From: Octopus bimaculoides | Taxonomy: Eukaryota | Length of the DNA: 64,000 bases | Reading direction: 5' to 3' | Assembly (NCBI RefSeq): GCF_001194135.2 | Contig: NC_068985.1 | Coordinates: 34,299,723-34,363,722, forward strand | In this document: piece by piece, positions 60,960-64,000 of the stretch | Layout: every line of letters begins with the position of its first letter | How positions within the stretch are numbered: position 1 is the first letter of the stretch | Program-made: the position numbers and the translations under genes | Notes under the pieces: model-generated | The model's database searches: none | Seen by the model: the letters and a program-made list of their open reading frames with translations, nothing else | What the model was told of the DNA's origin: nothing

Positions 60960-63510
60960 GTAATTCACTGAATAAACTCTGTACCAAAGCTCTATGCAAG
61001 CTGGCAAGCATTTTTGCAGATCTTCGTTTCAGGTGATGACAAAATTCCCACAACTACCTTACCGCAACCACTCCCAAGTACTTAATCTCAGGGCCACTAC
61101 CATCAATGTTAGCACAATGAAAGGACAGAGTGGGGAGATTGCTGAAATGTTAGAGCGATGCCATGTTGATGTATATGGTGTACAAGAAGTTAGACGGAAG
61201 GGAGTCTCAGCTAGATTCCTCATGGGTAAGAGACAGAGATTCAAATTCTTCTGGGTCAGCAGGAATGATGGAGTGGGTGGAGTAGGCAGACTGTTAACAG
61301 AAAAGTGGGTAGATAAAGTAATTGAAGTAGTCAGAGTATGTGAAAAGATAATTAAGATGAGACTTATCATAGGTAAATTAACAGTTACATTTATCTCTGC
61401 TTATGCCCCTCAGTCTGGGCTGACTGATGAGCAGAAGGACCAATTCTATGAGTTCCTTTTGCAGACTACCTCAACAACAAATGACAGAGACTTTGTTATT
61501 GTGGCTGGTGACCTCAATGGACATGTTGGAGAGTACCCCCATGGATTACAGGGATTGCATGGGGGCTATGCCTTTGGACCTAGAAATGAGGAGGGAACAA
61601 GACTGCTGGAGTTCTGTGATGCAAATGATCTCATGATCTGCAACACTAACTTCAAAATACCAGCCAGCCACCTAATCACTTATCAGTCCGGTGAGCACAT
61701 AAGCCAGATTGACTACCTCCTCACCAGGAAACGAGATAGATGGATGCTTAAAAATGCAACGTCTTTCCCAGGTGAAGAGTGTACAACCCAACATAGGTTA
61801 CTAGTTAGTGACTTCTGAATTAAAGCTAGAAAGACACAGAGAAATAAACCAATCTGGAAAAAAAGATTATGAAAGCTCAAAGACCCAGCAAACAAACAAA
61901 AGTTTAGAGATTTGCTAATGGAAGCTTCTCACGAAAGAGAAGAAGAGTTGGTGACATATAGCTTAGAGGACAACTGGAAGTTCTTGAGGGGTAATCTGTT
62001 GATGGCTACAGATGAAATCTGTGTTTGGTGCAGAGTCCCAGCTAGACCAAGGGTGACATGGTGGTGGAGCAAGGAGGTTGACAGTGTTATAAAGGCAAAG
62101 AGACAGGCCTGGAAATTATGGGAAAATGGTGGAAGCAGGTAGCCAAAAGAGGCGCTAGACATCAGGTAAACATAGCAAAAGGAGTAGCTGAAGGTAAGAG
62201 ATTTGCAAATGTCCTACAACGTGAGGATCAGAGGTGTGAGGTGTTCAGGATTGCAAAGCAGTGTGTCAGAGAAAATAGAGATGTGGTAGGGGAGAAATGT
62301 GTGTGAATAGATAATGGTATGCTTGCACTTAGTGACTCAGAGAAGAAAGGTGCATGGAAGTGTCATTATGAAAGGTTACTAATTGTGGAAAATGAATGGG
62401 AGAAGGAGAGTTCACCAAATATCGAACCAGTTGAGGGACCAGTCGTCACAGTTGAAAGCAGCATAATAGATAAAGCAGTTAAGGACATGAAGACAGGGAA
62501 AGGCCCTGAGCCATCAGGAATTACTGCTGGCTGAGATTATAAAAATTTCCGGTGGCATAGGATACAGCTTAGTCACTCGTATAGTTAATCAGGTTATTCA
62601 GGAAGGCACCATCCCCAACGATTGGTGTAGTAGAATTATAGTTAGCTGCTATAAGGGTAAAGGTGATGACTTAGATAGAAACAACTACAAAAGTATTAAA
62701 CTGGTAGACCAAGTCATGAAAGTTACTGAGAGGGTTATAGCTCAATTGATTAGAAATAGAATTAAACTAGATGAGATACTGTTTGGTTTTGTACCTGGGA
62801 AGAGTACCACAGATGACATCTTCCTAGTGAGACAGCTGCAGGAAAAGTACTTGGCCAAAAGTAAGCCATTGTACTCAGCCTTCACTGACCTGGAGAAGGC
62901 TTTCAACAGAGTTCCCCACTCTGTTATATGGTGGTCTCTAAGGAAGTTAGGAGTAGAGGAGTGACTTGTTAGAGCTATCCAAGCCATGTACAGTGGTGCT
63001 GTCAGTAAGATGAGAGTCGGCTATGAATACAGTGATGAATTTGGCATTCAGGTAGGGGTTCATCAGGGTTCGGTTCTCAGCTTGTTCTTATTTATTATAG
63101 TCCTCCAGGCCAGAACAGAGGAATTCAAAACTAGATTCCCATGGGAACTACTATATGCTGATGACCTTGCCCTTATTGCAGAATCTTTAGCAGAATTGGA
63201 GAAGAAATTCCAGGTATGAAAACAAAACCTGGAATCAAAGGTCCTTAAAGTTAACATAGCTAAGACAATAGTTGTTGTTAGTAAGAAAGAAGATAAAACT
63301 TTCTTTCTGTCAGGCAAATGGCCCTACTCAATAAGTAGGAAAGGAGTTAGAAGAAATTCCATTTGCTGCATTCAGTGTAAACTATGGACACATAAGAGAT
63401 GCAGTGGTATCACAGGTAGATTAACAGATAGAGTAGTCTTTGTATGTGGAAGATGTGCAGAAACAATAAGCACTAAGAGCACACAGGAATTAGATTCAAC
63501 AGAATATTGT
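60960..63510 (+). mobile_element. Near-complete decayed RTE LINE (APE + RT)
   Basis: APE ORF 60994-61818 (DVYGVQE, SAYAPQ, AGDLNGHVG, IDYLL, QHRLLVSDF); RT fragments FGFVPGKST, DLEKAFNRV, GVHQGSVLS, LLYADD. Confidence 0.9.
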
Positions 63511-64000
63511 CTACACTTTTTTTTAGGTGCACTTGCCATGTTTATCTGAAATAATAAACAAATATTTTCAAAAATGTTGAATAAACAAGAGGTTAGTTTC
63601 AAGTGTTTTCGTCAAGGGTGAAAAGTAAGGTAAACCAATATACCTTTTTAGCCAAGAATAAAATTAGTTCTAAAACCAAATTTATAAAATTAATACATTA
63701 TGCAGTTAACTAAATCAAAGGCTATAATAATCAGGAAAAACAGATTAATATTTATGCTTATAAAAAGATAAAAATAACAAGACAAAATTCATCTTTCCCT
63801 TTTCAGTTGACAATCCAGAAAGAAAATTAATTTGATGAAAAGAAACTAAATTATAAAAGTGATAGCTAAAGCAAGTGAGCTGGTAAACTCATGGAGAAAA
63901 TAGGGCTGATTTATTGTTGAATCAAACTTGAATTGCCAAAAAGAGTTAACAAAAACTAGAGGTAGTCGATAGCTTCCGCTATCTGGGCAACCAAGTTAGT

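Overview
Eukaryotic, very AT-rich, repeat-dense genomic DNA with several N gaps. The repeat landscape (RTE LINEs with (GAT)n tails, tRNA-SINEs, Penelope, Helitron, abundant microsatellites) resembles a mollusc, probably a cephalopod such as Octopus; this is inference. One host gene runs across the window on the + strand: a type I membrane receptor of the immunoglobulin superfamily. I reconstructed it by hand from splice sites. It has seven single-exon Ig-like domains (5756-38017, all phase 1-1, about 649 aa, about 26 N-glycosylation sequons) and a transmembrane exon (45939-46046). Its cytoplasmic tail is built from tandemly duplicated 42-nt (type A) and 60-nt (type B) phase 1-1 mini-exons (49925-60548). 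Most intact copies carry one tyrosine motif (YDNL, YANI, YIEV, YVCM x2). These mini-exons lie in a decaying array of roughly 1 kb genomic units containing intact, mutated, deleted and transposon-split copies. This modular tail is the main finding. The signal-peptide exon and the final stop lie outside the window or were not found. The introns are filled with decayed transposons: mariner/maT, pogo, Chapaev3-like, Helitron, RTE, CR1, RLE-type LINE, Penelope with hammerhead-like motifs, Gypsy and SINEs. No transcript data were available, so all exon joins are predictions, and most transposon boundaries are approximate.
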